IMG/VR virus record: IMGVR_UViG_3300032219_001489
Span: 1 to 37,122 of that record
Origin: a virus
Lineage: Duplodnaviria; Caudoviricetes
DNA length: 37,122 bases
Reading direction: 5' to 3' (one strand)
Below, piece by piece: positions 25,723 through 34,013 of the stretch. Position 1 is the stretch's first letter. Each line of letters starts with the position of its first letter. Both the position numbers and the translations under genes were made by a program. The notes beneath the pieces are model-generated. The model worked only from the letters and a program-made list of their open reading frames with translations. It was not told where the DNA came from and made no database searches.

Positions 25723-26424
25723 TTAGAATTTGATGCAATAAAGCATCGCAATGTTACGGGGACGGGTTTCGGTTCCACCGGTCGAGGCATTGGCAACCGT
25801 GATTCCTGTGGTGGAAGAATTGATTGTCGTGGCAGCAGTTACAGATTGCGATCCTCCTCCGAGCCCAGATCCCGCTGTAATTCTTTGGGCATTTGATGTA
25901 TGCGTATGACCGGGATCGGTAACCGTTGCGGTATGCGTATGGCTCTTGAAATCGTCGGCCTGCTTAACTCCAAAAGTTCCGGCCGTAGCCACACCATCTG
26001 ATCCTGCACCTCGGACAAAGGATGCACGCAGGTCGGGAAGCGTAAAAGTTGTCGAACCATCACCTGTGCCATAAGTGGTTCCAATCGCCGTAAAGAGCGC
26101 TGCATAGGTGGTTCTGGAAATAGCTGCGCCATCGGCGGCCAACCATCCAGATGGGGCCGAGTTCATGGCAAAGGCTTGCACCGCTCCGGCTGGGAGCAGG
26201 GCCTGTTGCACTGTGGCGACGAGTTTTGCCAGCGTCACGGCTCCATCAGCGATCTTTGCCGTGGTGATATTTGAATCGGCAATCTTGGCCGCGGTTACTT
26301 GGCTGTCAGCAATGTCGGCCGTCTGAATGGCTGACACCGAGGCCCCGCCCGCCAGGCTGTTCAGCTTGGCCGGGGTGACCGTCTCATTATTGACGAACGT
26401 GTATCCGGTGGTGACGGTGGCCAT
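25723..26424 (-). CDS. Tail fibre with collar domain
   Basis: VTxAKIAD repeats, PAGAVQAFA...PSGWLAADGAAISRTTYAALF...LPDLRASFVRG, ETRPRNIAMLYCIK. Confidence 0.9.
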   Translation of the reverse strand: MATVTTGYTFVNNETVTPAKLNSLAGGASVSAIQTADIADSQVTAAKIADSNITTAKIADGAVTLAKLVATVQQALLPAGAVQAFAMNSAPSGWLAADGAAISRTTYAALFTAIGTTYGTGDGSTTFTLPDLRASFVRGAGSDGVATAGTFGVKQADDFKSHTHTATVTDPGHTHTSNAQRITAGSGLGGGSQSVTAATTINSSTTGITVANASTGGTETRPRNIAMLYCIKF

Positions 26425-26427
26425 GGG

Positions 26428-26478
26428 TTAGTGAGTCGAGAGACGAGGGTCGAGGGTCGAGAGCACGGAATGCCGCAT
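26428..26478 (-). CDS. Leader mini-ORF MRHSVLSTLDPRLSTH (16 aa)
   Basis: ATG 6 nt after the -10 box of promoter copy 3; stop 3 nt before the tail-fibre ATG. Confidence 0.55.
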   Translation of the reverse strand: MRHSVLSTLDPRLSTH

Positions 26479-26584
26479 GGGGAGAGGATAGGTGACGGGG
26501 GCGGTGAGCTTAATGGGGGAAATCAGGAGAGAAGAAGAAGGCCTTTTCGTTTTGGCTCTCGACCCTCGACCCTCGACCCTCGAC
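26435..26584. repeat. Inverted heptamer arrays (GTCGAGG)n 26435-26464 and (CCTCGAC)n 26555-26584
   Basis: 28/30 complementary, enclosing a 90-nt loop that holds promoter copy 3. Confidence 0.9.
26485..26520 (-). promoter_or_regulatory. Putative late promoter copy 3: TCCCCCATTAAGCTC-N15-TATCCT
   Basis: Exact motif 26506-26520. Confidence 0.8.
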
Positions 26585-26589
26585 ATCAA

Positions 26590-28719
26590 TTACGATTCCG
26601 TCCTAGACAGTCGTGAGGTATCGGCCGGGATGGTGGCGTCAGCAGTGACCGCACGGATCGTGGGGCGACCGCCCGAGGTGGTGACGGTCAGGTCGAGGTA
26701 GGTGCCGGGGCGGCGGATCGGGGCGCGGATAGTGTAGTCATTGTCCACCCCGGAGTTGGTGACCGTGGCAATGTGGGTCGTGTTGTCCGGATCGGTCGTG
26801 ACGGAGGCCACATCGACCGTGGTTCCGGCAGGCAAGTAGGCCGAGACCGCCACATTGCCCAGGCGCTTGCGGGCGAGCTGGCCGTAGAAATAGCGGCGGG
26901 TCGTGATCACGCCATTGACCAAGGCCTGGGCGCTGCCGGTGCCGGTGTCATCATTAGCGGTATCATACTCCTCAAGGAGGAAGATGGCCCCCGAGTTGGA
27001 GGCGGCAAAGAGTCGCCGCTGGGTGCCGTCATCGCTGACCACAAGCCGATCGAGGGCCGGGAGATTGGTATCGACCGATTCCCAGGACTCATTGAGCTGG
27101 TTGTAGATCAGCAGGGTGTTGGGTGAGGTGGCGTTGCCGGTCGGGACGGCAAGGTAGTAGCGGTTGTTAAAATAAACCGCATTGGAGGTGCCGACGGCCG
27201 ACTGGTTGATCGTGGAGAAGATGTCGGCAATCGGCTCGGAAAGCGGGAGCGTGTTCCCACGCAGGGCCAGATCGATCTGGCTATTGTCGAGTCGGTAGAC
27301 GCCCTGATCGGCCAGGAAATAAATGTAGGTTCCGGCCGTGGCCACCGTCATCCGGGCCGCGCACCCGACCTCATTGGTCAGGAGCTGGAGGCTGGAGGCG
27401 GCCGTATCGACCGAAACACCATCGGCGGCCAGGACAAGCGTCCCGAGGTAGATCGACTTGCGTAGGAACGCGATCAACTGTCGGTTGGCATAAGGATGGA
27501 GGGCGACCAGGTAATCGTTCGATCCCGTATTAGTCCGAAATCCCTTGAGCATCGGATCGTAGGTGTCGGGATCGAGCACGTCGGAGATGAGCAGGGTGTC
27601 ACGCCCGTTGCAAATCACGACCTGATTGTTGTAGTAGGCGGCAATGCCACCCGTCGGACTTACCATGCGCGAATAGGTCGGCCCAAGGGGGGAGGTGCCG
27701 GTCGGGACGCGGGCGAATCCGGAGGTGATTCCATCCCAGACCAAAGGGCAGCAGACCCGTTGGGCAAAGAGACTGGTCGAAGTGTTGGCCGAAGTGGCAC
27801 TCGGGACGGCCACCGTGAAGGTTGTCGGTTGTCCGCCTATTGCAGGAGTGGATGGCACCGTGGCGATGACGGCATCGAGGTTGAACCCACTCTGGTCACT
27901 TCCCGAAAGTCGGACGACTTCTCCCACGGCATAGCCATGGGCGACCGGGGTGGTGATGGTGGCGGTGCCGCTGGACTGGGTGATGGAGGTCACCTTCTGC
28001 TGGAGGTCACTGGACCGCCAGCGGAAGAGATAGAGCCGGTCAAAGGCCTGCAGCGTTGTGACGATGTCGCCGGGCAAGATCTGCTCGGTGATCGGCGTGA
28101 TGGGGTAACTCAGAGTCAGAAGGCTCGAACCCTGACGGTAGAGATAGGCCGTCGTCGGCCCGCACAGCACGATATACTCGTTGGCGGAGTCGTAGCGGGG
28201 TGAGGAGTAGACCCCGGCACCGAAGAGACCGCCCGAGTAATTAGTGAGCAGGACCGGCCATGTCCAGGTGATCGTCCCGGGAGGATTGGAGGCCGGGGAT
28301 CCCGAGACATTGTAGGTGAAGGTCGAGGTGCCCGTGATCGTCACCGTCCACTTGCCATTGTAGGCGCTGGCCGTGGCCCCGGTGACTCCCGCGATCTCGA
28401 CATAGAACTGCGAGCCATTTGAGCCAAGGCCATGGGGCGCGGCGGTCGTCACCGTGGCCACATTGCCGGACTGGGTGATCGAGCTGACCGTGTCGCCGCC
28501 GTGCAGGGTAAAGGGCACAGTGACGGGCGTGGCTCCGACCGAAATGCCTGCCGCGAGCCGCTTGGCCCCCTTGCGGGTCTGGGCAATGCCGCGATCGAGA
28601 CGGATATTCTGGGCGACCTGAAGGTAGCCGGAGGGGATCGTCAACGGATTGCGGCGGGACTGAAGGCCGAGGAAGGCGGTGTCGCCGTCCTTGACGATTG
28701 GGCTGGAAAGAGGGGGCAT
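26590..28719 (-). CDS. Tail nozzle / head-closure (P22 gp10, T7 gp12-like) protein with two inserted Thr-rich beta domains
   Basis: 709 aa; VGCAARMTV...IYFLADQGVY...LSEPI...RYYLAVP...LLIYN pattern; duplicated SITQSG..AT.TT..AHG modules. Confidence 0.72.
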   Translation of the reverse strand: MPPLSSPIVKDGDTAFLGLQSRRNPLTIPSGYLQVAQNIRLDRGIAQTRKGAKRLAAGISVGATPVTVPFTLHGGDTVSSITQSGNVATVTTAAPHGLGSNGSQFYVEIAGVTGATASAYNGKWTVTITGTSTFTYNVSGSPASNPPGTITWTWPVLLTNYSGGLFGAGVYSSPRYDSANEYIVLCGPTTAYLYRQGSSLLTLSYPITPITEQILPGDIVTTLQAFDRLYLFRWRSSDLQQKVTSITQSSGTATITTPVAHGYAVGEVVRLSGSDQSGFNLDAVIATVPSTPAIGGQPTTFTVAVPSATSANTSTSLFAQRVCCPLVWDGITSGFARVPTGTSPLGPTYSRMVSPTGGIAAYYNNQVVICNGRDTLLISDVLDPDTYDPMLKGFRTNTGSNDYLVALHPYANRQLIAFLRKSIYLGTLVLAADGVSVDTAASSLQLLTNEVGCAARMTVATAGTYIYFLADQGVYRLDNSQIDLALRGNTLPLSEPIADIFSTINQSAVGTSNAVYFNNRYYLAVPTGNATSPNTLLIYNQLNESWESVDTNLPALDRLVVSDDGTQRRLFAASNSGAIFLLEEYDTANDDTGTGSAQALVNGVITTRRYFYGQLARKRLGNVAVSAYLPAGTTVDVASVTTDPDNTTHIATVTNSGVDNDYTIRAPIRRPGTYLDLTVTTSGGRPTIRAVTADATIPADTSRLSRTES

Positions 28720-28781
28720 GGGGAGAGAAAGGCTATTAGGCTGAAGTCTAAAGGCTGATAGGTCAGAAGCGGAGAAACCCC

Positions 28782-29231
28782 CTAGACGATGGATTGCTTG
28801 GCGGCGACTCGCTCACGCATTTCGGCGAGGCTCAGGCCGGTCCGCCACTGGATGTGAGGCTCATCGACGAATTTCCAGTTGCCTCCCCATTCCAGAGTTG
28901 GAAAGGTGGCAACGATCTTGCCGATGTCACGATAGAAGGGAGTGTCCTCCAGGTAGCTGCCGTCTAACGTGAAGAGCCCGACATCGACGGCGATTCCAAA
29001 GTTGTGATTACTCTCACCTCCGCGGGCCTTGGTGACAATCGGCCCTGGAGAGGTGCGCCCCTTGGTATAGAGGGCATCCTGCTCGGCATAAGTGCGTGTT
29101 CCGCAGATGTATTTGCATTCCACACCCTTCTCTTGGAAGTGCTTCTTCAGCTCGATCAGGAGATTGGCAAAAGTCGGTTGCACCTTGAGAAGCAAGGTGG
29201 AGAGGACTTGATCAGAGCGCTTATCGATCAT
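28782..29231 (-). CDS. Endolysin, peptidase M15 family (L-Ala-D-Glu peptidase-like), 149 aa
   Basis: RTYAEQDALY-KGRT, GGESNHNFGIAVD, WGGNW-FVDEPHIQ; start placed at MIDKRS. Confidence 0.9.
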   Translation of the reverse strand: MIDKRSDQVLSTLLLKVQPTFANLLIELKKHFQEKGVECKYICGTRTYAEQDALYTKGRTSPGPIVTKARGGESNHNFGIAVDVGLFTLDGSYLEDTPFYRDIGKIVATFPTLEWGGNWKFVDEPHIQWRTGLSLAEMRERVAAKQSIV

Positions 29232-29236
29232 GGGGG

Positions 29237-29641
29237 TTACTTGGCAGCGACACCCTTGAGGCGCTCGATGGTCCTCAGAGACCCGAGCCCGAGGAGCCCT
29301 AGAAGCGTGGTCATCAGAATATCCATCGGCAGTGCCACGACCGGGGCGGGCTGATGAGTCGCCACCGTGTAGAGCCATGAGAACATCGGCTGGCCAAGAG
29401 TCGCCCAGGCAAATCCAAGTGCCGAGACCCATCCGCAGAAGGGCCGCCACCCCGAGACGAAAAGGGACGGATTTTGAGCCTCGACGGCATTCACCTCGGC
29501 CTGGGCCTTGCTCTCGCTGGTGGCGAGCTTGAGCACCTCTAGCTCGAAGGACTCCTTGGCACGATTCTTGGCATCGGCGTCAGGGATGATCTTGTCGATC
29601 ACCTTGAGCCCGGCCGAGACCATGGAAGGGATGTCGTACAT
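29237..29641 (-). CDS. Holin, 3TM/GTA-type
   Basis: IDKIIPD...SLFVSGWRPFCGWV...LGLLGLGSLRTIERLKG. Confidence 0.85.
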   Translation of the reverse strand: MYDIPSMVSAGLKVIDKIIPDADAKNRAKESFELEVLKLATSESKAQAEVNAVEAQNPSLFVSGWRPFCGWVSALGFAWATLGQPMFSWLYTVATHQPAPVVALPMDILMTTLLGLLGLGSLRTIERLKGVAAK

Positions 29642-29647
29642 GGGATC

Positions 29648-29926
29648 CTACCTCAGCAATTTCGTTTCGATTCTTTGTGTTCTTTGATCAATCTGCTGAA
29701 GGGTGGCTAGGGCGGCGGCGAGGATTTCCCTCCGTTGAGCATTGTCGCGCTGGATCTCTGCAATCCTTGAGTCCTGAGATTCATTCATTTTCTCCACCCG
29801 ATCCATCCGCAAGGGCAGAGCCGAGTAGAGGCTGAAAAAGGTGAAGAGGGCGGCGGCTCCCGAGCAGGCGGCGATCAGCGAGATGACTAGGGTCAGCGGG
29901 TGAGGAAGCGGGATTCCGGTGCTCAT
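29648..29926 (-). CDS. Membrane-anchored coiled-coil protein in the lysis cassette
   Basis: One N-terminal TM segment, coiled coil ending RIETKLLR. Confidence 0.65.
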   Translation of the reverse strand: MSTGIPLPHPLTLVISLIAACSGAAALFTFFSLYSALPLRMDRVEKMNESQDSRIAEIQRDNAQRREILAAALATLQQIDQRTQRIETKLLR

Positions 29927-29966
29927 GTTCCTTCAGCCTTCAGCCTTCAGCCTTCAGCCTTTCAGT

Positions 29967-30245
29967 CTAATGCTCCCAGCGGTAGGAGAGCGTGGGTGTG
30001 CCGGACGCGGCGAGGACCGAAAGCTGGGACGCATCACGCAGACCCGTGAAGGTCATGGTGGTGGCCGCCGGGACCGTGATGGCCGCGGATCCGGCATCCT
30101 GCTTGACTTGGACGGCGACCGCACCCGAGGCCGTGTTCGTGATATGGACACGGGTGGCGACCTGGGCGGTGAGGGCCGTGTAGGTGGAGGCATTGAGGGT
30201 GACCGCGTCGTTGCCTGCAGACTTGACGGTTGCGTAGGTATTCAT
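29967..30245 (-). CDS. Small beta-rich putative virion protein
   Basis: 92 aa, Thr/Ala/Val-rich. Confidence 0.65.
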   Translation of the reverse strand: MNTYATVKSAGNDAVTLNASTYTALTAQVATRVHITNTASGAVAVQVKQDAGSAAITVPAATTMTFTGLRDASQLSVLAASGTPTLSYRWEH

Positions 30246-30298
30246 GAGAGAAGTCGAGTGTCGAGAGCCAAGGGTCGAGGGCCGGAATAGCCCTTCAT
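30242..30298 (-). CDS. Leader mini-ORF MKGYSGPRPLALDTRLLS (18 aa)
   Basis: ATG 6 nt after the -10 box of promoter copy 4; TGA overlaps the next ATG (ATGA). Confidence 0.55.
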   Translation of the reverse strand: MKGYSGPRPLALDTRLLS

Positions 30299-30304
30299 GG
30301 GGAG

Positions 30305-30340
30305 AGGATAGGTGATGGGAGCACCGAGCTTAATGGGGGA
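30305..30340 (-). promoter_or_regulatory. Putative late promoter copy 4: TCCCCCATTAAGCTC-N15-TATCCT
   Basis: Exact motif 30326-30340. Confidence 0.8.
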
Positions 30341-30366
30341 TATTCATCCGCACTGCGGATGAATAT
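30340..30366. repeat. Palindrome ATATTCATCCGCA-C-TGCGGATGAATAT; near-identical copy at 36297-36319
   Basis: Perfect inverted repeat abutting the promoter motif. Confidence 0.85.
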
Positions 30367-30408
30367 GCGTCGAGGGTCGTCCCTCGTACCTCGTCCCTCG
30401 ACTTGGCC

Positions 30409-30633
30409 CTATCTGTTCAGCAGGTAAGCCAGCCCCACCGCAATCATCACGACGGCCCCGGTGATCTCGCCCTCTTCGCGGAGTCCGCGGTTCACCAGCT
30501 CCGTACGGGTCTCGTTGTAGGCGATCATGTGGCAGACGGTGCCGGGGTATTTCAGCGGGCGGTCAACCAGGACGCGACCGCGGGCAATCGGGTAGCACCT
30601 GATTAAGAGCCAGAGATCGCGGAGGAGCTTCAT
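30409..30633 (-). CDS. Hypothetical protein
   Basis: 74 aa, hydrophobic C-terminus, 3 nt after the upstream stop. Confidence 0.6.
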   Translation of the reverse strand: MKLLRDLWLLIRCYPIARGRVLVDRPLKYPGTVCHMIAYNETRTELVNRGLREEGEITGAVVMIAVGLAYLLNR

Positions 30634-30636
30634 TAG

Positions 30637-30894
30637 CTAGGCCGAGTGCTGGGCAATCAGGTCGCGGAGTTGCTGTTGAACTTCAGCGGGGAGGAGTGCT
30701 GCGGCACGGAATGCGTCCTCATTTTCACGCATGGTGCGCTCCACCTCACTCGCATCGTAGGAGGCAAGGACCTCCTCCACTCGGCTTTGAAAATACGCTT
30801 CGGGCGTGGTCTGCTCGGCACCCTCGACGCTATTGAGGCGAGAGACGATGGCGTTGAGGCCGGAGAGCTTGGATGGATCAATCGTTAGTTGCAT
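30637..30894 (-). CDS. Hypothetical protein (85 aa, MQLTIDPSK...), possible fibre chaperone
   Basis: Helical acidic ORF downstream of the fibre gene. Confidence 0.6.
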   Translation of the reverse strand: MQLTIDPSKLSGLNAIVSRLNSVEGAEQTTPEAYFQSRVEEVLASYDASEVERTMRENEDAFRAAALLPAEVQQQLRDLIAQHSA

Positions 30895-31051
30895 CAGATT
30901 CTGAGGGTTCGGGTTTGATTGCGGAGGCGAGGACTTCGATTGCTTGCTGGATAGCAATAAATCCCTGTCTGGAGATTGCGTTGATGTTCCGAGGCTCCAG
31001 AGCTTCGGATAGGAGTTGCAGGGCTTGGGTTGGTGTCATGGTGTTGTTCAT
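30878..31051 (-). CDS. 57-aa hypothetical protein MNNTMTPTQALQLLSEALE...
   Basis: Hand-translated; starts 4 nt after the fibre stop and overlaps the next start. Confidence 0.55.
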   Translation of the reverse strand: MNNTMTPTQALQLLSEALEPRNINAISRQGFIAIQQAIEVLASAIKPEPSESDATND

Positions 31052-31055
31052 AAGA

Positions 31056-32222
31056 TTAGGCGAGGGCTACAGACTTCATCGTGCCGCCGTCGTTGACCCA
31101 TAGTTTAACGGTTCCTGAGGTTGTGTTCTTGTAAATGGCCCACGTATTGCTACCAAGATCGGTGGTTGTGGGGTCTGTAGTTAGCGAATACCAAACACCT
31201 CTAAAGGAGTTGAAAGAAATTGTCTGGTTCACTGCAAACTGGAATGTTCTCGAGGTGTCAGAGCAATAAACGTCTATTCCTTCTGCTGAATTAAGCCTGA
31301 CCCTTCTAGCCGTGCCTGTTCCCGCCTTTTGCGTTCCAATGGTCAGAGAGTTTGAATTAGTAGTCCAATCGAATACGCCACGCTCGTAGTTGCTTGCGTC
31401 CGTGTAGGTGTTGTAGAGACGGAAGGTCTGTGCATTGGTGCCGTTTCGCTGGGCAAGCGTGTTGGCTGCGTCTCTTGTTAAAAATAAATCAGACGTTCCA
31501 AGCTCGACGTTGGCGTTGCTTTTCCAAAGGATAGAAGCGTTTGAACCAACCGCAAGACCCGTTGTGCTAATTTGCGATCCTGTGCCACCAAAAACAGAGT
31601 TCGAGGCGTAAACAGCAATCGCCGTAACGGTTCCAGTCTTGGAGATCTTAAACCTGCTTGTGCCTGCGGTCTGTACGTCGAAAAGCACACTAGCCGCATT
31701 GCTCGCCGTGTCGGTGATGTTGAGCAAGATGCCCTGTGCAACGCCCGTCGTATTCCAAGTTCCCGTCAAGTTCAGAAGAGGGGTCGTGTTCGCTCCCGTG
31801 ACGGAGTAGCTTGCCGTCAGCGCGGAGGTATTTGCGGCGGCGGTGATGCTCTGGCCTGCGGTGAAATTGTTGTTCTGGTTGTCGAGAGCGACGTTGTTGG
31901 AGAGTCGTGCATCCGCAAGGGTTCCGGTCAGGTCTGCCGCCGAACCGCTGGTGGCGACCGAGGCGAGGCCGGTGATCTGGGAAGAAGCAAGGGTCAGGGC
32001 ATCGCTTCCCCCGCTGGCGTGACTTGAAGCGTGGGCCGAGGGCGCAAAGGTTGAAGGGGTTCCCGTGAGGTCTGCGTAGGCACCGGAGAAGAGGCTCGGC
32101 TTGTTAAGGATCGCCGCCACACCTGTTGAAGCGTTCCAATCGGAGTTGACCTGACTGCCGCCAGAACCTCCCGATCCCGCCTGATCGAGCTTTCCTGTAA
32201 AGGGATTGAAAACCCAGGCCAT
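31056..32222 (-). CDS. Tail fibre/spike, putative receptor-binding protein
   Basis: FNPFTGKLD N-terminus, SDWNA...ILNKP, HASSHASGGSDAL and LASVATSGS fibre motifs; lower-GC C-terminal half. Confidence 0.72.
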   Translation of the reverse strand: MAWVFNPFTGKLDQAGSGGSGGSQVNSDWNASTGVAAILNKPSLFSGAYADLTGTPSTFAPSAHASSHASGGSDALTLASSQITGLASVATSGSAADLTGTLADARLSNNVALDNQNNNFTAGQSITAAANTSALTASYSVTGANTTPLLNLTGTWNTTGVAQGILLNITDTASNAASVLFDVQTAGTSRFKISKTGTVTAIAVYASNSVFGGTGSQISTTGLAVGSNASILWKSNANVELGTSDLFLTRDAANTLAQRNGTNAQTFRLYNTYTDASNYERGVFDWTTNSNSLTIGTQKAGTGTARRVRLNSAEGIDVYCSDTSRTFQFAVNQTISFNSFRGVWYSLTTDPTTTDLGSNTWAIYKNTTSGTVKLWVNDGGTMKSVALA

Positions 32223-32224
32223 GG

Positions 32225-32584
32225 CTAAGACTTGGTGACGCTCGTGAGATTGCCCGACCCGTCATAGGCCAGAGTCAGGGTGGCGACCGTCGTGCCGCTC
32301 GACCCGCCCGTCTTGTAGACGATTGAAGTCAGGTTTGACCCAGTATATCCGAGCGAAATGTAGTCATTTGCAGGGATCGCCATTCCAGCGATCGATGCCG
32401 CACTCGACTTGGTGGCGGCAAGATCCGCAGCCATGACGGTTTCAATCGCAGTTTGGGCATTGAGGATGGTCTCGACGTTTCCAATCGAGGAAACGGTTCC
32501 GGAAATGACCACGCGGCCATGGGTGTCCACATTGACCGGGAGCCTTGCGCCCGCGTCGGTTTTGCCAATCATTACGTCTGCCAT
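32225..32584 (-). CDS. Putative virion protein
   Basis: DYISLGYTGSNLTSIVYKTGG...TLTLAYDGSGNLTSVTKS. Confidence 0.65.
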   Translation of the reverse strand: MADVMIGKTDAGARLPVNVDTHGRVVISGTVSSIGNVETILNAQTAIETVMAADLAATKSSAASIAGMAIPANDYISLGYTGSNLTSIVYKTGGSSGTTVATLTLAYDGSGNLTSVTKS

Positions 32585-32638
32585 AGGAATAGGTGCTTAG
32601 GCTCTAGCGGTTTAGGCTCTAGGGTTGATGGTTTGGTT

Positions 32639-33430
32639 CTACCTGGTCATGGCGCTGAAGCGCCCTTGCTGGCCCTGTTTCATTTCGATCTTGTCCCACT
32701 CGGTGTTGAGCGCGGCCAGGGCATTGGCGTCATGGGCGGCGGCCTTGTCAAATTGTCCATCCTCACGCTGGGCCTCGGCACAGATGCCGAACTTGACGGC
32801 CTCAGCCACGACATAGGGGATCGTGTCGCCGTTGCTGTAGCTTGAGGTGGTGTAGACCGAGGGCCGGACGGTGAACTGGACCCAAACCGTAGAGGGGATT
32901 GAGGTCACCGAGAGCCCGTTCTGACCGACAACGATGCCGTCATTGGTCAGCATCCAGTTGACTGGGGTGGCGTACCGGTTTGTCCGGGGATCGCTTTGGA
33001 AGACTCCGAGCACCTCGCCAATCGGGGTAAGGGTCGTGCCACCCAGCACCTGGTCGAGTGAGATCGCATAGAGGATCCCGCTGCCGGTGGTCGAGCTGTA
33101 AGAGCTGGCCGGGGCCCAGTAGGTTGCAGAGGTATCGGCAACCGGATCTTGGGAAGAGTTTGCCTGAAGGGCGTAGTAGTAGTTGCCATCACTCCCCAGG
33201 ACAACGTCCCCGGCCGCATAAGAGGTGCCGGACGCCCAGGTCGCGTAGAACTGGCGACTCTCAAACCGCACGGCATCGGGCCACGGGTACATCTCCCAAG
33301 CGGCACGGAGCGAGGAGTTCGCGTACTCGGTGAAGGCCGCCAGAGTGTTGGAGGAGGGAGTGACCAAGGGGTCCAGACCCATGCGGGCCAAGGCTCCGTC
33401 AATCACGCTCTTAAAGGTTACGGTACGCAT
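32639..33430 (-). CDS. Head-tail adaptor (tail tubular A-like) with inserted carbohydrate-binding-like module
   Basis: MRTVTF...AWEMYPWP N-terminus; WASGTSYAAGDVV...YYYALQAN...YW insert; position after capsid. Confidence 0.65.
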   Translation of the reverse strand: MRTVTFKSVIDGALARMGLDPLVTPSSNTLAAFTEYANSSLRAAWEMYPWPDAVRFESRQFYATWASGTSYAAGDVVLGSDGNYYYALQANSSQDPVADTSATYWAPASSYSSTTGSGILYAISLDQVLGGTTLTPIGEVLGVFQSDPRTNRYATPVNWMLTNDGIVVGQNGLSVTSIPSTVWVQFTVRPSVYTTSSYSNGDTIPYVVAEAVKFGICAEAQREDGQFDKAAAHDANALAALNTEWDKIEMKQGQQGRFSAMTR

Positions 33431-33476
33431 GAGAAGTCGAGGGGCGAGGGTCGAGTGGCGAGGGCTTCTGAAATGC

Positions 33477-33947
33477 TCACGAAACGATGGTGTCGGTGCT
33501 TTCTACCTCGGTGCCATCAATCGTTCCCTCGGTGGAAGGGGCGGGCAGATCGGTTTCTGCAAAGGTGTGTTCCTCAATGATCTTCCTGGCCTCTGTTCCT
33601 GATTTACGGCTTTCCACATTCTTACTTTCTGGTGCAAACGACATGATCTTGTCCGAGATCCCCTTGACCCTCTGAATGATGCCGTCACGCTCAAGGGCAT
33701 CGGTGAAGGCCTTGTCCTTCCAGCAATCGGGACCGAAGAGAGCCTTCATGTGGTGGTAGAGGTCGGCGTCGATCCGGTACTTGAGCTGGCCGAGACCCTC
33801 CATGAGCCGGGAGGAGTTCTCAAGCTGACGCGAGTAGGCATTCACCTTCTCCTGACGGAGGGCCGCCGCAACGGCGTGCTGTTTGAATCCCTTGCGGAAT
33901 TCCTCCAGGACGGCAGAGCTGGCTTCGATGGGTGCTACGAGTGACAT
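33477..33947 (-). CDS. Hypothetical protein (156 aa, MSLVAPIE...)
   Basis: GLGQLKYRID...FGPDCWKDKAF; conserved slot after the capsid gene. Confidence 0.65.
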   Translation of the reverse strand: MSLVAPIEASSAVLEEFRKGFKQHAVAAALRQEKVNAYSRQLENSSRLMEGLGQLKYRIDADLYHHMKALFGPDCWKDKAFTDALERDGIIQRVKGISDKIMSFAPESKNVESRKSGTEARKIIEEHTFAETDLPAPSTEGTIDGTEVESTDTIVS

Positions 33948-33968
33948 GAGGATTTCGGACCGTGATTG

Positions 33969-33996
33969 CAGCGCCCGGGGTTGCCCCCGGACGCTG
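33969..33996 (-). terminator. GC-rich 12-bp hairpin with GCAA loop after the capsid gene (terminator/stabiliser, no U-tract)
   Basis: CAGCGTCCGGGG-GCAA-CCCCGGGCGCTG, 17 nt after the stop. Confidence 0.55.
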
Positions 33997-34013
33997 TGTA
34001 CCACGAACCAGAA

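Larger units (their letters stand above)
28727..29965. repeat. Inverted heptamer arrays (AGGCTGA)n-like 28727-28769 and (CCTTCAG)n 29930-29965 bracketing the lysis cassette
   Basis: Read directly; about 35-bp imperfect complementarity. Confidence 0.75.

Noticed and set aside
28782-29450. Extended N-termini in the ORF track (28782..29450, 21507..22829, 22682..23086, 15928..16329, 7061..7423, 6289..6666)
   Set aside because: They overlap neighbouring genes; internal ATGs adjacent to the upstream stops are better starts.
25723-32222. Diversity-generating retroelement or invertible tail-fibre cassette
   Set aside because: No reverse transcriptase, TR/VR pair or invertase seen; inverted arms are tandem heptamers around promoters and lysis genes.
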